A DNA stretch of 55,539 bases from Candidatus Marsarchaeota archaeon (GTDB lineage Archaea; Micrarchaeota; Micrarchaeia; Micrarchaeales; Micrarchaeaceae). The translations under genes and the position numbers were made by a program. This document shows, piece after piece, positions 46,614 to 55,539 of the stretch. The DNA lies in NCBI GenBank assembly GCA_023380795.1, contig JAMCSF010000029.1, forward strand, positions 1 through 55,539. The letters are read 5' to 3'. The notes under the pieces were generated by a model, which saw only the letters and a list, made by a program, of their open reading frames with translations, made no database searches and was not told the DNA's origin. Within the stretch, counting starts at the first letter, position 1; the number at the start of each line of letters is the position of its first letter.

Positions 46614-48002
46614 ATGGTTAATAAAGCATCGCTGGAAAAGCTTTTTGGCAGGATACTGAAGGACATAGTTCCAACAAAGCGCGAGATAGAAGATCTTGAC
46701 GAATACTCTAACGAGCTCATGGGCAGGCTCAAAAGAGTGATGCCAAAGGATGTCGAGATAATATTGGCAGGCTCCGTTGCGCGAGGAACGCAGATAAGGG
46801 GAAAATCCGACATAGACATATTCCTTCTATTTCCAAAGTATCTTGAGGAAAGGAAAATGGAGGCAGATGCAATAAGGCTTGCAAAGAAGGTTGTCTCAAA
46901 AAGCAGCGGCGAGAGCTACGAGATAAATTATGCAGAGCATCCATACCTGAAGCTCAAGAACGCCGAGAGGGGCATATACGCAGACATAGTTCCTGCGTTC
47001 AAAATCAGGGATTCGAGCGAGCGCGGCAGCTCTGTGGACCGCACACAGCTCCACAACATATTCGTGCTAGAAAACCTGAACGGCAAGCAGAAGGACGAGG
47101 TCAGGGTCCTGAAATACCTTCTCCAGCGCCACAACATATACGGGGCCGAATCCAGCAGGCACGGATTTTCAGGATACCTGTGCGAGCTGCTGATGGCCCA
47201 TTACAAAAGCCTCCCGGCGCTGCTTGAGGGAATATCTTCGTCAAAACTCCCGCTGTTCATAGACATAAAGGCGAACACTGAGCTTTCAGGAGCTTCGGTT
47301 CCGAAGGATGAAGAAAAAAGGTTCAACTCTCCGCTCATAGTCATAGACCCAACAGATTCAAGCAGGAACGTGGCCGCTAGCGTATCGCAGGAGTCCATTT
47401 CCAGGCTAATTATGGTGTCAAGGGGTCTATTGTCCAATCCTTCTGAAAGCATGTTTTACGGGTTCAAATACTCAGACGACAAAAAAGAGTCGCAGCTGTC
47501 CAAGTTCGTAAATGCCAACGGCATCCAGCTGGATGTGCTATGCTTCAAGCTAAGCGCCATATCTGAGGATACGCTATGGCCGCAACTCGAAAAGCTGAAA
47601 AACCGGATAGAGCACGAAGCCGATGCAAACGGCTTAAACATAATGCTCTCATTTTCAAGGATAGAATCCGGCTCCGGGGTGATTGCCATGCTGCACAATG
47701 CGCAAAGGATCGGGATCAGAAAGATAATCGGGCCTGACGTTACAATAAGGGTCGCCGCGAACGAATTCCTTAGGAAACACGGCGGCCAGATGAAAATGGG
47801 CGTAGAAGGCACGAGGCTGTTTGCGCTGGAGCAGCCAAAATATTCTGACGTGAACTCCATGCTTTCGAAAATACTGCGTGACAGGAAATTCCTTTTCACC
47901 AAGGACATAAAAAAGAGCCAGTGCCGGCTCTACTCGAAAGAAATTCCGGCGCAATACGCTCTTGTCGTATACCATGGAATCGCAGAAAGGCTTAATATAT
48001 GA
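46614..48002 (+). CDS. cca: Archaeal class I CCA-adding enzyme
   Basis: GSVARGT...SDIDIF, YAEHPY, DIVP, VDRT..H, GFSGYLCELL, DPTD..RNVAA. Confidence 0.96.
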   Translation: MVNKASLEKLFGRILKDIVPTKREIEDLDEYSNELMGRLKRVMPKDVEIILAGSVARGTQIRGKSDIDIFLLFPKYLEERKMEADAIRLAKKVVSKSSGESYEINYAEHPYLKLKNAERGIYADIVPAFKIRDSSERGSSVDRTQLHNIFVLENLNGKQKDEVRVLKYLLQRHNIYGAESSRHGFSGYLCELLMAHYKSLPALLEGISSSKLPLFIDIKANTELSGASVPKDEEKRFNSPLIVIDPTDSSRNVAASVSQESISRLIMVSRGLLSNPSESMFYGFKYSDDKKESQLSKFVNANGIQLDVLCFKLSAISEDTLWPQLEKLKNRIEHEADANGLNIMLSFSRIESGSGVIAMLHNAQRIGIRKIIGPDVTIRVAANEFLRKHGGQMKMGVEGTRLFALEQPKYSDVNSMLSKILRDRKFLFTKDIKKSQCRLYSKEIPAQYALVVYHGIAERLNI

Positions 48003-48005
48003 AAG

Positions 48006-48605
48006 TCAGAATCCGAGCCTGTTTCCATCTAATATGAGCTTTTCCAGCTCTGGGAATTTGTCTATGTCCCTGTGGCCAGGCCTTTCCAGCTTCTTCCCGA
48101 CTGCAAAACCAGCCACATAACGCATGAGGTACGCCCTTTCCCTGTCGGTTTCCGCCTCGTATACCTCGCCGCACTTTCCTTTTATCCTTGTTCCTATATC
48201 GTCATACGCTTCCGCAAGCAGGTTTTCACGTATCTTCGCTTTTGCATAGCCTCTTCCTTTCAAGCGCTTTTCCAGCACCGGCAGGCTTTGCCTGAGCACT
48301 ATGCATATATCCGGCCTTAACCCTGTTTCGGGTAAAAGGTGCCCAACTGCAATGCAAACTCCCTTTTGCCCAACCTCTTTCTTCATGGCACGCCTGAGCA
48401 AGGCAGGTTTGATTATCCTGGAGCCTAGATCGTCTATTTTGTCGTAGGCGTTCTCGGAATCTACCACGTCATTTATCTCTATTATCTTTGCGGTTATGCC
48501 AACCGAGCGAAGTTTATTGCCCAGCCTTTTAGAAAAATAGCTTTTTCCAACTCCAGGGGTTCCGGTGACGCCTATTAGAAGCCCATCATGCCTTCTGCTC
48601 TTCAT
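48006..48605 (-). CDS. AK6/Fap7-type adenylate kinase
   Basis: GVTGTPGVGKS, VGH, LEKRL..RGY...KIREN..AE. Confidence 0.9.
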   Translation of the reverse strand: MKSRRHDGLLIGVTGTPGVGKSYFSKRLGNKLRSVGITAKIIEINDVVDSENAYDKIDDLGSRIIKPALLRRAMKKEVGQKGVCIAVGHLLPETGLRPDICIVLRQSLPVLEKRLKGRGYAKAKIRENLLAEAYDDIGTRIKGKCGEVYEAETDRERAYLMRYVAGFAVGKKLERPGHRDIDKFPELEKLILDGNRLGF

Positions 48606-49227
48606 CGGCGCTACCCTGGCTCTTGAAATATCCCTCTACATTATCCATTATCATCTTAAGCTCGTCATTGGCCTGGTCAAGGTCCATATAGCTGTTCTGC
48701 TCCATGGAGACGTTTATTACGTAATTCTTCTGCCCGTCGAAAAGCCATTGCCCCAAGTTGTACGTCTTATATGTCGTCGAGAAGTCTGCCACGAAGCTCG
48801 AAGCAGCAGCAAGCTTTGTTATCAGTGCCGTCAGGCCGCTATCTATGTTATTCACGTAAATTACTTCCTCATTGTCGACGTTCCTGTCAATGCTGACCGG
48901 CTTTATTACCGGTATGTTGTTCTGCTTCGCGAGCATTGCAATGCTCTGCGCAAGCTGCTTTGTTACTGCATCGCATTTCAATCCGTCCTTTTCGAAGTTC
49001 TTCTTCTCGTCTTCCAGCCCTTTCATGGTAGTTGCCACGTAATCGTCTACTTCCTCGCGAATGCTGCTGAACGTTGTTTCTATGTCCTTTTTAGACACGT
49101 AAAACGCCGGATTTATCAGTATGTCTTTAAGCGCTATCCCGTATTTGTCGTTTATTACGGGTGCGAGGCTTTCTATAAGGTCATTTGCATTTTCACTCCA
49201 CGGAACTTCATTAGCGTCTTCGGCCAT
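48586..49227 (-). CDS. Acidic hypothetical protein
   Basis: 213-aa ORF with GGTGG RBS; overlaps the AK6 gene. Confidence 0.8.
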   Translation of the reverse strand: MAEDANEVPWSENANDLIESLAPVINDKYGIALKDILINPAFYVSKKDIETTFSSIREEVDDYVATTMKGLEDEKKNFEKDGLKCDAVTKQLAQSIAMLAKQNNIPVIKPVSIDRNVDNEEVIYVNNIDSGLTALITKLAAASSFVADFSTTYKTYNLGQWLFDGQKNYVINVSMEQNSYMDLDQANDELKMIMDNVEGYFKSQGSADEEQKA

Positions 49228-49311
49228 AAAACCACCTTGTTCAACAATGGTACTAAAAGCTCTTAAAGATATAAATCCTTATCTATCCTGCATATCTTAA
49301 TCGGTGTTTTA

Positions 49312-49554
49312 TTGCCATCTGCTGAGCCAAAGGATAGGGTTCTAAAGGACATAAGCATGTTCAGAGACAGCCTTGAGCTTATTTCAGGCACCAAATTGGA
49401 CGGGAAAATGTCTTCTGTGGTTGAAATGGCCAAGCTCTACGCTTCCGATGCGCAGAGCTATTTGGACAAGGGCGACATACTTACTGCGTTCTCCTGCATA
49501 TCCTATGCCCACGGTCTTATGGATTCTATACTGTCGCTGGTTGGTTTGAAATGA
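49312..49554 (+). CDS. DUF357-family protein
   Basis: MAKLYASDAQSYLDKGD..TAF.CISYAHG.MD. Confidence 0.88.
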   Translation: MPSAEPKDRVLKDISMFRDSLELISGTKLDGKMSSVVEMAKLYASDAQSYLDKGDILTAFSCISYAHGLMDSILSLVGLK

Positions 49555-50654
49555 ATTACGTAGAGGGCAGCGCCACCATAACCGACGGAAGGGCCTTCAT
49601 AAACCCTAAGGCCAAGCTTTCGCGCGATGCGACAATAGCTTACGCAAGGCTCCAGCCAGGAATAAAGAATGCCCTGGACGCGACATCAGCAACAGGCATA
49701 CGAGGCATAAGGTATTGCAAGGAGCTCGGCTTAGAAGAAGCAACAATGCTAGAGATAAATGCGAGCTCCTACGAATCCCTAAAATCAAACATCAGGTCAA
49801 ATTCGGTGAAAAACGCAAAATGCGAAAATACCAGCGTACAGGAGTTCTGCAACAGGGAACCGCTGCGCAAGTTCGACATGATAGACATTGATCCGTTCGG
49901 CAGCCCTGCGCCTTATCTGTTTGACATACTAAAAGTGGCGCACGAAAACAGCGTAGTCGCCTTTACTGCAACGGATACTGCTGTGCTATGCGGCGCACAT
50001 ATGTCTGCGTGCATAAAGACCTACGACTCCGTGCCAATGCACAACGAGCTCGGCCACGAAGCCGGCATAAGGATAATGCTCGGCTTCTTTGCGCGCCTTG
50101 CTGCTCAGTTCAATTACGGCATAGATGTAGGCCTTTCCTTTTCTTACATGCACTACATGCGCGCGATAGTCAAGCTCGTCAAGGGCAGCAAGGCCGCCCT
50201 TTACTCTGTGAAAAAGCTCGGATTCGCTTACAAATGCCACAAGTGCGGCTGGCTAGGCACCGAGCAGGGGCCTTTCACAACGGTAAGCCGCTGCCCGTCA
50301 TGCGGCTCCGAAATAGAAACGTCCGGAAGAATGTGGCTTGGCGGCCTTATCGGAGAGGATGTAAGGCCTGCGCTTGCAAAGAGCATGGGCGAAGTGGCTG
50401 GATCGGACAAGCGGGAATGCAAGTTCATAGAATCGCTTGCGCTAGAGCCAGACATACCTTTCTACTACAGCGTTCCAAAGCTCACAAAGCTCATGCACCT
50501 GCCTTCGATAAGCGAGCTGGTTCTTGCAAAAAGGCTTTCGGAATCCGGCCACGTTGCGGCAATTACCCATTTCGAAAAAAGCTGCATAAAGACCGACGCG
50601 TCCATAGAAGAAATAAAGGCTGCGATAATCTCTATTTCTAAAACCGTGGCTTAA
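49551..50654 (+). CDS. trm1: tRNA (guanine-26 N2,N2)-dimethyltransferase
   Basis: F.NP....SRD, SATGIRGIRY, DIDPFGSP, TATD, E.GIR, CxxC...CxxC, KTDA. Confidence 0.95.
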   Translation: MNYVEGSATITDGRAFINPKAKLSRDATIAYARLQPGIKNALDATSATGIRGIRYCKELGLEEATMLEINASSYESLKSNIRSNSVKNAKCENTSVQEFCNREPLRKFDMIDIDPFGSPAPYLFDILKVAHENSVVAFTATDTAVLCGAHMSACIKTYDSVPMHNELGHEAGIRIMLGFFARLAAQFNYGIDVGLSFSYMHYMRAIVKLVKGSKAALYSVKKLGFAYKCHKCGWLGTEQGPFTTVSRCPSCGSEIETSGRMWLGGLIGEDVRPALAKSMGEVAGSDKRECKFIESLALEPDIPFYYSVPKLTKLMHLPSISELVLAKRLSESGHVAAITHFEKSCIKTDASIEEIKAAIISISKTVA

Positions 50655-50823
50655 TCGGAACTTCTGGCGGTTTAAAAAGGTTCCTGGAGCTTTTTTGCTT
50701 ATTATAGAGATAAAAACGATGAGCCTGCGATTATTAGCGGAATTTTTTATCCCTGCAAAAGTATATATAGTGGTTAAAACAAAATACTAATGAAGTGGGT
50801 GCAAAAACAATGTGGGGAAAACA

Positions 50824-51201
50824 ATGGGGGAATATAAAGCAGGAGTCATACCTTGCGAAAGATGTGGCGTAGCCACATACAGTCCTTCGGACATGGTCAT
50901 GATGCCCAAGGGCAGAGCATACTGTAAAGATTGCGCTGCCAAGCTAGGCATAAGCCATGCGGAAAAGAACCTCTGCGCGATATGCGGCAAGATTTTGAAA
51001 AAAGCAGAAGTGAAAATGGTCCTGCCTTCAAAATCCTTCGGTGACGGAGTAATACCTCTGGAGAGCCGGCTGGCTTGCATCGAATGCTATTCTTCGATGG
51101 CGAGCAGGGTAAAAACCCGGCCTATGGCCGCAAAGCGCAGAAACGAAAGAGCTTCTATAAACAGGGCGCTTCACAAGAGCGTCGTGCAGCAAATGATGTG
51201 A
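50824..51201 (+). CDS. Double zinc-finger (LIM-like, four CxxC) protein
   Basis: CERC...YCKDC...CAIC...CIEC plus a basic C-terminal helix. Confidence 0.8.
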   Translation: MGEYKAGVIPCERCGVATYSPSDMVMMPKGRAYCKDCAAKLGISHAEKNLCAICGKILKKAEVKMVLPSKSFGDGVIPLESRLACIECYSSMASRVKTRPMAAKRRNERASINRALHKSVVQQMM

Positions 51202-51392
51202 AAGGCAGCATCGGAATATTGAATGGCTGCCTTTTCTTTTTTTCTTTTTAAATTATGGGATTGGCGTAATGCGCGATATTTTCCTGTCAAAAAAGCCGAT
51301 GGGCCGCAACTACAAAATACCAAAAAGAATTGCAATATAAAAACGAAAATAGAACAAAAAGAGAAAGATAAAAAAAGAAAAATGGCAATGGT

Positions 51393-52055
51393 TTATCTCC
51401 TGCTTGCCTTTACTACAACCATGTGGTATTCGTTCTCGTACCCTATGGCCTCCTTGAGCGCATTTGGCTCTATCGCTATGGTGCTGTCCGAATACGGGTC
51501 GTTTATGTAAAACGAATCCTCGTCATAGCCCTTCACAACTATCCAGTGCGGAGACGAGTCCAGATACGGGTTTATCTTGTTCGCATCTACCAGCAGTATT
51601 GGTATGTTGCCGTTGTTGATGGTGTTCTTTACCGTATTCACCGTAACAACTCCGTGAACCTCCTTTATCCCTGCGGCCTTTGTCTTTTCCTTGATCTCGT
51701 TGAAAGACGACCTCAGAGTGTCCAGGTTTATCCCTTCGTAGACTGCAAGCTTGCGCTCATATCCTTCATCTTTCTGGTTGCTGCTTACTATGTGCAGCTT
51801 TGCTCCTCTCTTCGTCATTGCGTATGCAAGCCCATACTTCGATCCATGCCATACGCTCCCGTTGACCGCTTCGTTCCATATCGAAAATTCATCTTCCTTC
51901 TTTGGCTTGAAATTTTTGTTTATGTACTTAAGCACCATTATGGCGCATGCCGCAGAGCTCGTGAATTCTTCAGACTGCGCATAATTCGGTATTTCGTAAA
52001 GCTTTCCCTTAGCTGATTTTTTGCTTGTCTTGTGCTGCGACTCTTTTTTTGCCAT
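51393..52055 (-). CDS. Peptidase C39-like (papain fold) protein with Cys-to-Ser at the nucleophile
   Basis: IPNYAQSEEFTSSAAC.IMVLKY, PHWIVVKGYD, FYINDP. Confidence 0.85.
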   Translation of the reverse strand: MAKKESQHKTSKKSAKGKLYEIPNYAQSEEFTSSAACAIMVLKYINKNFKPKKEDEFSIWNEAVNGSVWHGSKYGLAYAMTKRGAKLHIVSSNQKDEGYERKLAVYEGINLDTLRSSFNEIKEKTKAAGIKEVHGVVTVNTVKNTINNGNIPILLVDANKINPYLDSSPHWIVVKGYDEDSFYINDPYSDSTIAIEPNALKEAIGYENEYHMVVVKASRR

Positions 52056-52108
52056 TTATAACACCTCGGTAAACGTAATCATGGATTAAAGCAGGAGTAA
52101 GCGTTATG

Positions 52109-52212
52109 TGCAGGGAGGGAGATTTGTCCATAAATATTATTTTGAACTCCCGTAGACCTAAGCCAACGGGATCTTGAGTCCGTCGCGTTTGACCAGGCTC
52201 CGCCATCCCTGC
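52109..52212 (-). tRNA. tRNA-Leu(CAA) with an 18-nt BHB intron in the T-loop (position 58/59; intron 52124-52141)
   Basis: GCAGGGA/TCCCTGC acceptor, CTCAAGA anticodon loop, long variable arm, GGGAG-TTCAA[AATAATATTTATGGACAA]AT-CTCCC. Confidence 0.9.
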
Positions 52213-52468
52213 GCAGTATAGTTTGCCTGCGTTAAATAAATAATGTTTTGCATTGCTCTCTGATGTATCATCAGCATTCCACTTGAAGATTTCAGTATTT
52301 TAATATTTATACGTTCCCATGAAATTTTTTCTGCAGTATTTAAAGCTTTCTGCATCATCAGAGAGAAAATTTTTTGTGGCAATGCATAATGCCATGACGA
52401 TTGACGCTGAGAAAACAAAAGGCATAAATGCGTAAGGATAAATAATCTTGGCGTCAATAAATAAGCGC

Positions 52469-52540
52469 GCCTTAGTGGTGTAACGGCTAGCACGGAAGAC
52501 TGTGGATCTTCAAGCCCGGGTTCAACTCCCGGCTAAGGCC
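52469..52540 (+). tRNA. tRNA-His(GTG)
   Basis: GCCTTAG/CTAAGGC acceptor, C73, GAAGA-CTGTGGA-TCTTC anticodon arm. Confidence 0.96.
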
Positions 52541-52541
52541 T

Positions 52542-54053
52542 TCAGAAAAGGTGGATTGCCCACCAGCGCATGAACTTCTTGATCCTTATCCTGGTAGGGC
52601 TGGTGTTCTTCTTTATGTCCTTTACCATTACCTTGTACAGCACCTTTTCCTGAGCGTCAAGCTTGCCCTCCTTAACTATTTCCTGCTTTTTCCCGTCGAC
52701 TATCTGCGTTTCGGTCTTGCTTATGACGTCCTTCTTGACCATCGAGTACCATTCGTCTAGCGAACTTCCGCTGCTGTCCTTGTCCTTCAGCACTGCCATC
52801 ATGTCCGCCATTGTGAGTTTTCGCTCCTTGCTAAACTGGTATTCGTGAAGCAGGGGCCTCATTGCTGCCTTGTCGCATATCCTCTTTATGTCTGCAGGCG
52901 AATATCCACTTGTTGCCCTGGCAAGCCTTCCGTACTTCAATCCCTGCCTCGGCTTGTTGTTTGTGTAAAGCTTGAAAAGCTCCTTCCTGTCCTTGTAATT
53001 CGGCGGCGCTATGTAAACGCTGTCGCCGAACCTTCCGCTTCTCTTGAGTGCAGGGTCTATGTCCCACGGCTGGTTCGTTGCGCCTATGACGAATATGCCT
53101 TCGGGATTGCTCTGTATGCCGTTCATCTGCGTCAGGAATTCATTGACTGCCATCCTCATTGAGCTGTTATTGTCTCCGCCACCGCCTCCTCCTCTCTTGA
53201 CTCCAAGCGCGTCAAGCTCGTCGAAAAATATTATGCACGGCGGATTCTTCCTGGCCTGGTCGAATATTGCCCTGAGGTTCTTTTCGGTATTTCCTGTGTA
53301 CATGTCCACTATCTGGTTTATCTGTGCTACTATCACGTTGGCGCCAGCCTCTCCGGCTATCGCGTTAACCGTGTGCGTCTTTCCCGTTCCCGGAGGCCCG
53401 TACAGCAGCAGTCCAAGCCCAAGCTCCTTTCCGTATTTCTTGAAAAGCTCTGGGTGCTGTATTGCCAGCACTACGTTGTCATGAAGATACGTTTTGACTT
53501 TCTCTAGCCCTATTACAGAATCGAACTTCGTATTCGACTTGTAAAACGGCAGCTTCTTTATCTGGCCCTCTTCTATTACTTCCTTCTCCTCTTCCGGCTT
53601 CTGAACCTGCTGCGTCTGCTGGATTCCGCCTTTTGTTGTCCCTGTATTCGACAAATCAACGTGCATCAATGAGTCTATGTGCTCCAGTCTGCTTTTCGCC
53701 TCGGAATAATTTTGGTCTATGGAAAGGGATTTCTCATACCAGTATTTCGCCCCGACAAGGTCATTGCTGGCCTCGGCCATGTCTCCGTAAAGCAGCGGAG
53801 CGTCAGGGCTCTTTGGCTCAAGCTCCATGACCTTCTGCAGGTCGGCCTTGGCATCTTCATACCTGTGCATAAGCCTTTCAGTCAGTGCCCTGTTGAAATA
53901 AGCATCGGAATATTCTGGGTCTATCTGTATTGCCAAATTAAACTCGGTTATGGCATCGGTAAATTTGCTGGATTCAAAAAGCGAATTGCCTTTTCTCCAA
54001 TGCTCTTTAGCTTCCGGATTCACTTCCCTTTTGCCGTTACTCTCTTCAGCCAT
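52542..54053 (-). CDS. TPR-repeat plus AAA+ ATPase fusion protein
   Basis: Three TPRs (AIQIDPEYSDAYFNRA...), Walker A GPPGTGKT, Walker B IIFFDELD, SRH ATNQPWDIDPALKRSGRF. Confidence 0.93.
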   Translation of the reverse strand: MAEESNGKREVNPEAKEHWRKGNSLFESSKFTDAITEFNLAIQIDPEYSDAYFNRALTERLMHRYEDAKADLQKVMELEPKSPDAPLLYGDMAEASNDLVGAKYWYEKSLSIDQNYSEAKSRLEHIDSLMHVDLSNTGTTKGGIQQTQQVQKPEEEKEVIEEGQIKKLPFYKSNTKFDSVIGLEKVKTYLHDNVVLAIQHPELFKKYGKELGLGLLLYGPPGTGKTHTVNAIAGEAGANVIVAQINQIVDMYTGNTEKNLRAIFDQARKNPPCIIFFDELDALGVKRGGGGGGDNNSSMRMAVNEFLTQMNGIQSNPEGIFVIGATNQPWDIDPALKRSGRFGDSVYIAPPNYKDRKELFKLYTNNKPRQGLKYGRLARATSGYSPADIKRICDKAAMRPLLHEYQFSKERKLTMADMMAVLKDKDSSGSSLDEWYSMVKKDVISKTETQIVDGKKQEIVKEGKLDAQEKVLYKVMVKDIKKNTSPTRIRIKKFMRWWAIHLF

Positions 54054-54106
54054 CAAAAGTCACTTTAAATGCACACAAGGCAATAATAGCTTGCATATTC
54101 TCATAT

Positions 54107-54574
54107 TTAATGTTTTTTGTTTAATGCCTCTGCCTTCCTGTCGAGCAGTTCGTTAAGGCTCCCGTCCACATCGCTTATTCCCTTGTCGCTCCTTCTTCTG
54201 TTCGTGAACTCGACGCTCCTGAACCATTTTGAAAGCTCCTTTACTGTGGCGTTTAGGCTTGCCATTTCGTTTGATCTTATCTTGTACTTGCCGGTTAACT
54301 GCCTGACTACAAGTTCGCTGTCAGATATAAAGGTAAGATTGGCATTTTCCGGATCGCTCAGATTTGCCTCGCACCACTCTAGTGCCTTTATTACTGCAGT
54401 GTACTCGGCGAAATTATTGGTCTTTATTCCGTTGTAAAAACTTTTCCTTATTATCTCCTTTCCGCTGCTGTCGAGAACCAAAAAGCCAGAAGCGCTCATT
54501 CCAGGATTGCCTCTTGCAGCTCCGTCAGTATATATAGTATATTTAGAATCGCCTTTGCCTTTTCCTGTGTCCAT
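54107..54574 (-). CDS. rnhA: Ribonuclease HI
   Basis: YTDGAARGNPG, TNNFAEY, SDSELVVRQL.G.YKI. Confidence 0.93.
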   Translation of the reverse strand: MDTGKGKGDSKYTIYTDGAARGNPGMSASGFLVLDSSGKEIIRKSFYNGIKTNNFAEYTAVIKALEWCEANLSDPENANLTFISDSELVVRQLTGKYKIRSNEMASLNATVKELSKWFRSVEFTNRRRSDKGISDVDGSLNELLDRKAEALNKKH

Positions 54575-54672
54575 GCAAACCCTTGCTGCCTTATATAGAG
54601 GTTTTGCTGCGTCACCTATAAATTATTGCTCCTTTACATTATCTATCGGAATACGTGTGCCGTGGTGTTCGG

Positions 54673-55278
54673 GTGAGGAAACTTACACTTAGGGAAGGAG
54701 AAGAGCTTGTGCATGCTGCAAGGAATGCAATAGAACTAGCTTTAAAGAGCCCGATCGCAAAGAAGACAGTCATATACGAAAGCTTAAAGGACTTCGATTG
54801 GCCCTCCGGCGCTTTTGTAACATTATCCCATTACCCTCTGGGGGCACTGCGCGGCTGCGTGGGATTTCCGCGCCCTTCAACAACATTGGGAAGAGCAGTA
54901 GTAGACTCTGCAATATCTGCAGCATTCGACGATCCTAGATTCGTTTCTGTGTCTTTTAGCGAGCTCACCGAGCTGATCATAGAAGTGAGCGTTTTGTCAG
55001 AGCTAGAGCCTATGCCTGGAACTGAAAAGGAAAAGCTGAAGTCAGTAAAGATAGGGAAGGACGGCCTTATGATAGAATATGGGATATACAGCGGCCTTCT
55101 TCTTCCGATAGTTGCCGTAGAAGAAAAATGGAGCCCGGAAGAATTCCTAGATGCAGTATGCGAAAAGGCAGGCATACCTAAAGATTACTGGAAGCAGAAA
55201 AACGTAAAGCTCTACAAATTTACTACGCAGGTGTTCAAGGAAGAGGAGCCTATGGGCAGAGTAGCAGAGATAAAATAA
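54673..55278 (+). CDS. AMMECR1-domain protein
   Basis: GAFVTL, LRGCVG, AAFDDPRF, IEVSVLS, GLLLP.V, CEKAG. Confidence 0.95.
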   Translation: MRKLTLREGEELVHAARNAIELALKSPIAKKTVIYESLKDFDWPSGAFVTLSHYPLGALRGCVGFPRPSTTLGRAVVDSAISAAFDDPRFVSVSFSELTELIIEVSVLSELEPMPGTEKEKLKSVKIGKDGLMIEYGIYSGLLLPIVAVEEKWSPEEFLDAVCEKAGIPKDYWKQKNVKLYKFTTQVFKEEEPMGRVAEIK

Positions 55279-55323
55279 TCTCTAAGCTAATAAAGCTTTT
55301 CTCACATAATAATTGGTTTTTGC

Positions 55324-55398
55324 GGGCTCGTAGCTTAGCATGGTTGGAGCGTCCGACTGATAATCGGAAGGTCGAGAGTTCAAATCTCTCCGGGCCCA
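55324..55398 (+). tRNA. tRNA-Ile(GAT)
   Basis: GGGCTCG/CGGGCCC acceptor, TCCGA-CTGATAA-TCGGA anticodon arm, TTCAAAT T-loop. Confidence 0.96.
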
Positions 55399-55448
55399 TT
55401 CAATATTTTTTTCATGAAGCAATAAAAAGCTCCTGGCAGATGAATTCC

Positions 55449-55539
55449 ATGGATGAAACAAAAAAGATATATCTGGGCGCAGGCTGCTTCTGGTGCACTG
55501 AAGCAGTATTCAAGCTTTTTCCAGGAATAAAGAAAATAA
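55449..55539 (+). CDS. msrA: Peptide-methionine (S)-sulfoxide reductase, 5' part (cut by window edge)
   Basis: MDETKKIYLGAGCFWCTEAVF contains the GCFW active-site motif. Confidence 0.9.
   Translation, partial: MDETKKIYLGAGCFWCTEAVFKLFPGIKKI

Overview
Compact archaeal chromosomal segment, most consistent with a DPANN Micrarchaeota (ARMAN-2-like) genome. This assignment is inferred from the archaeal spt5-rpl11, class I CCA enzyme, GGGP synthase and Trm1/Trm5, the GGTG(A) ribosome-binding sites with frequent TTG/GTG starts, the very short intergenic gaps and a tRNA with a T-loop intron. Most of the window is housekeeping: tRNA maturation genes, AsnRS, ScpA/ScpB, a four-gene 2-oxoacid (pyruvate) dehydrogenase operon, cytochrome bd cydAB, five tRNAs (Val-GAC, Ala-CGC, Leu-CAA with intron, His-GTG, Ile-GAT) and a partial msrA at the right edge. 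Two AT-richer accessory patches stand out. (i) 1-2930 holds a dead IS5/IS903-like transposase end, IS200/IS605-like hairpins, a surface protein, an unannotated 58-aa Cys-rich zinc-finger ORF and a 38-bp tandem duplication. (ii) 36500-39400 is an Lrp/AsnC locus with a double-Lrp regulator carrying a transposase-like N-terminus, followed by an apparently silent 371-bp variant copy of its 3' end whose differences cluster in the predicted effector pocket; this is the best candidate for an undescribed system (specificity-switching cassette). Other oddities are an apparent ACG start for pduO, several enzymes with substituted catalytic or ligand residues (PRODH-like, LplA-like, C39-like, CydA Met ligand), a half-length Rqc2/NFACT, four small ORFs missed by the ORF track, and structured leaders. 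All family assignments are by motif recognition only; no searches were run.
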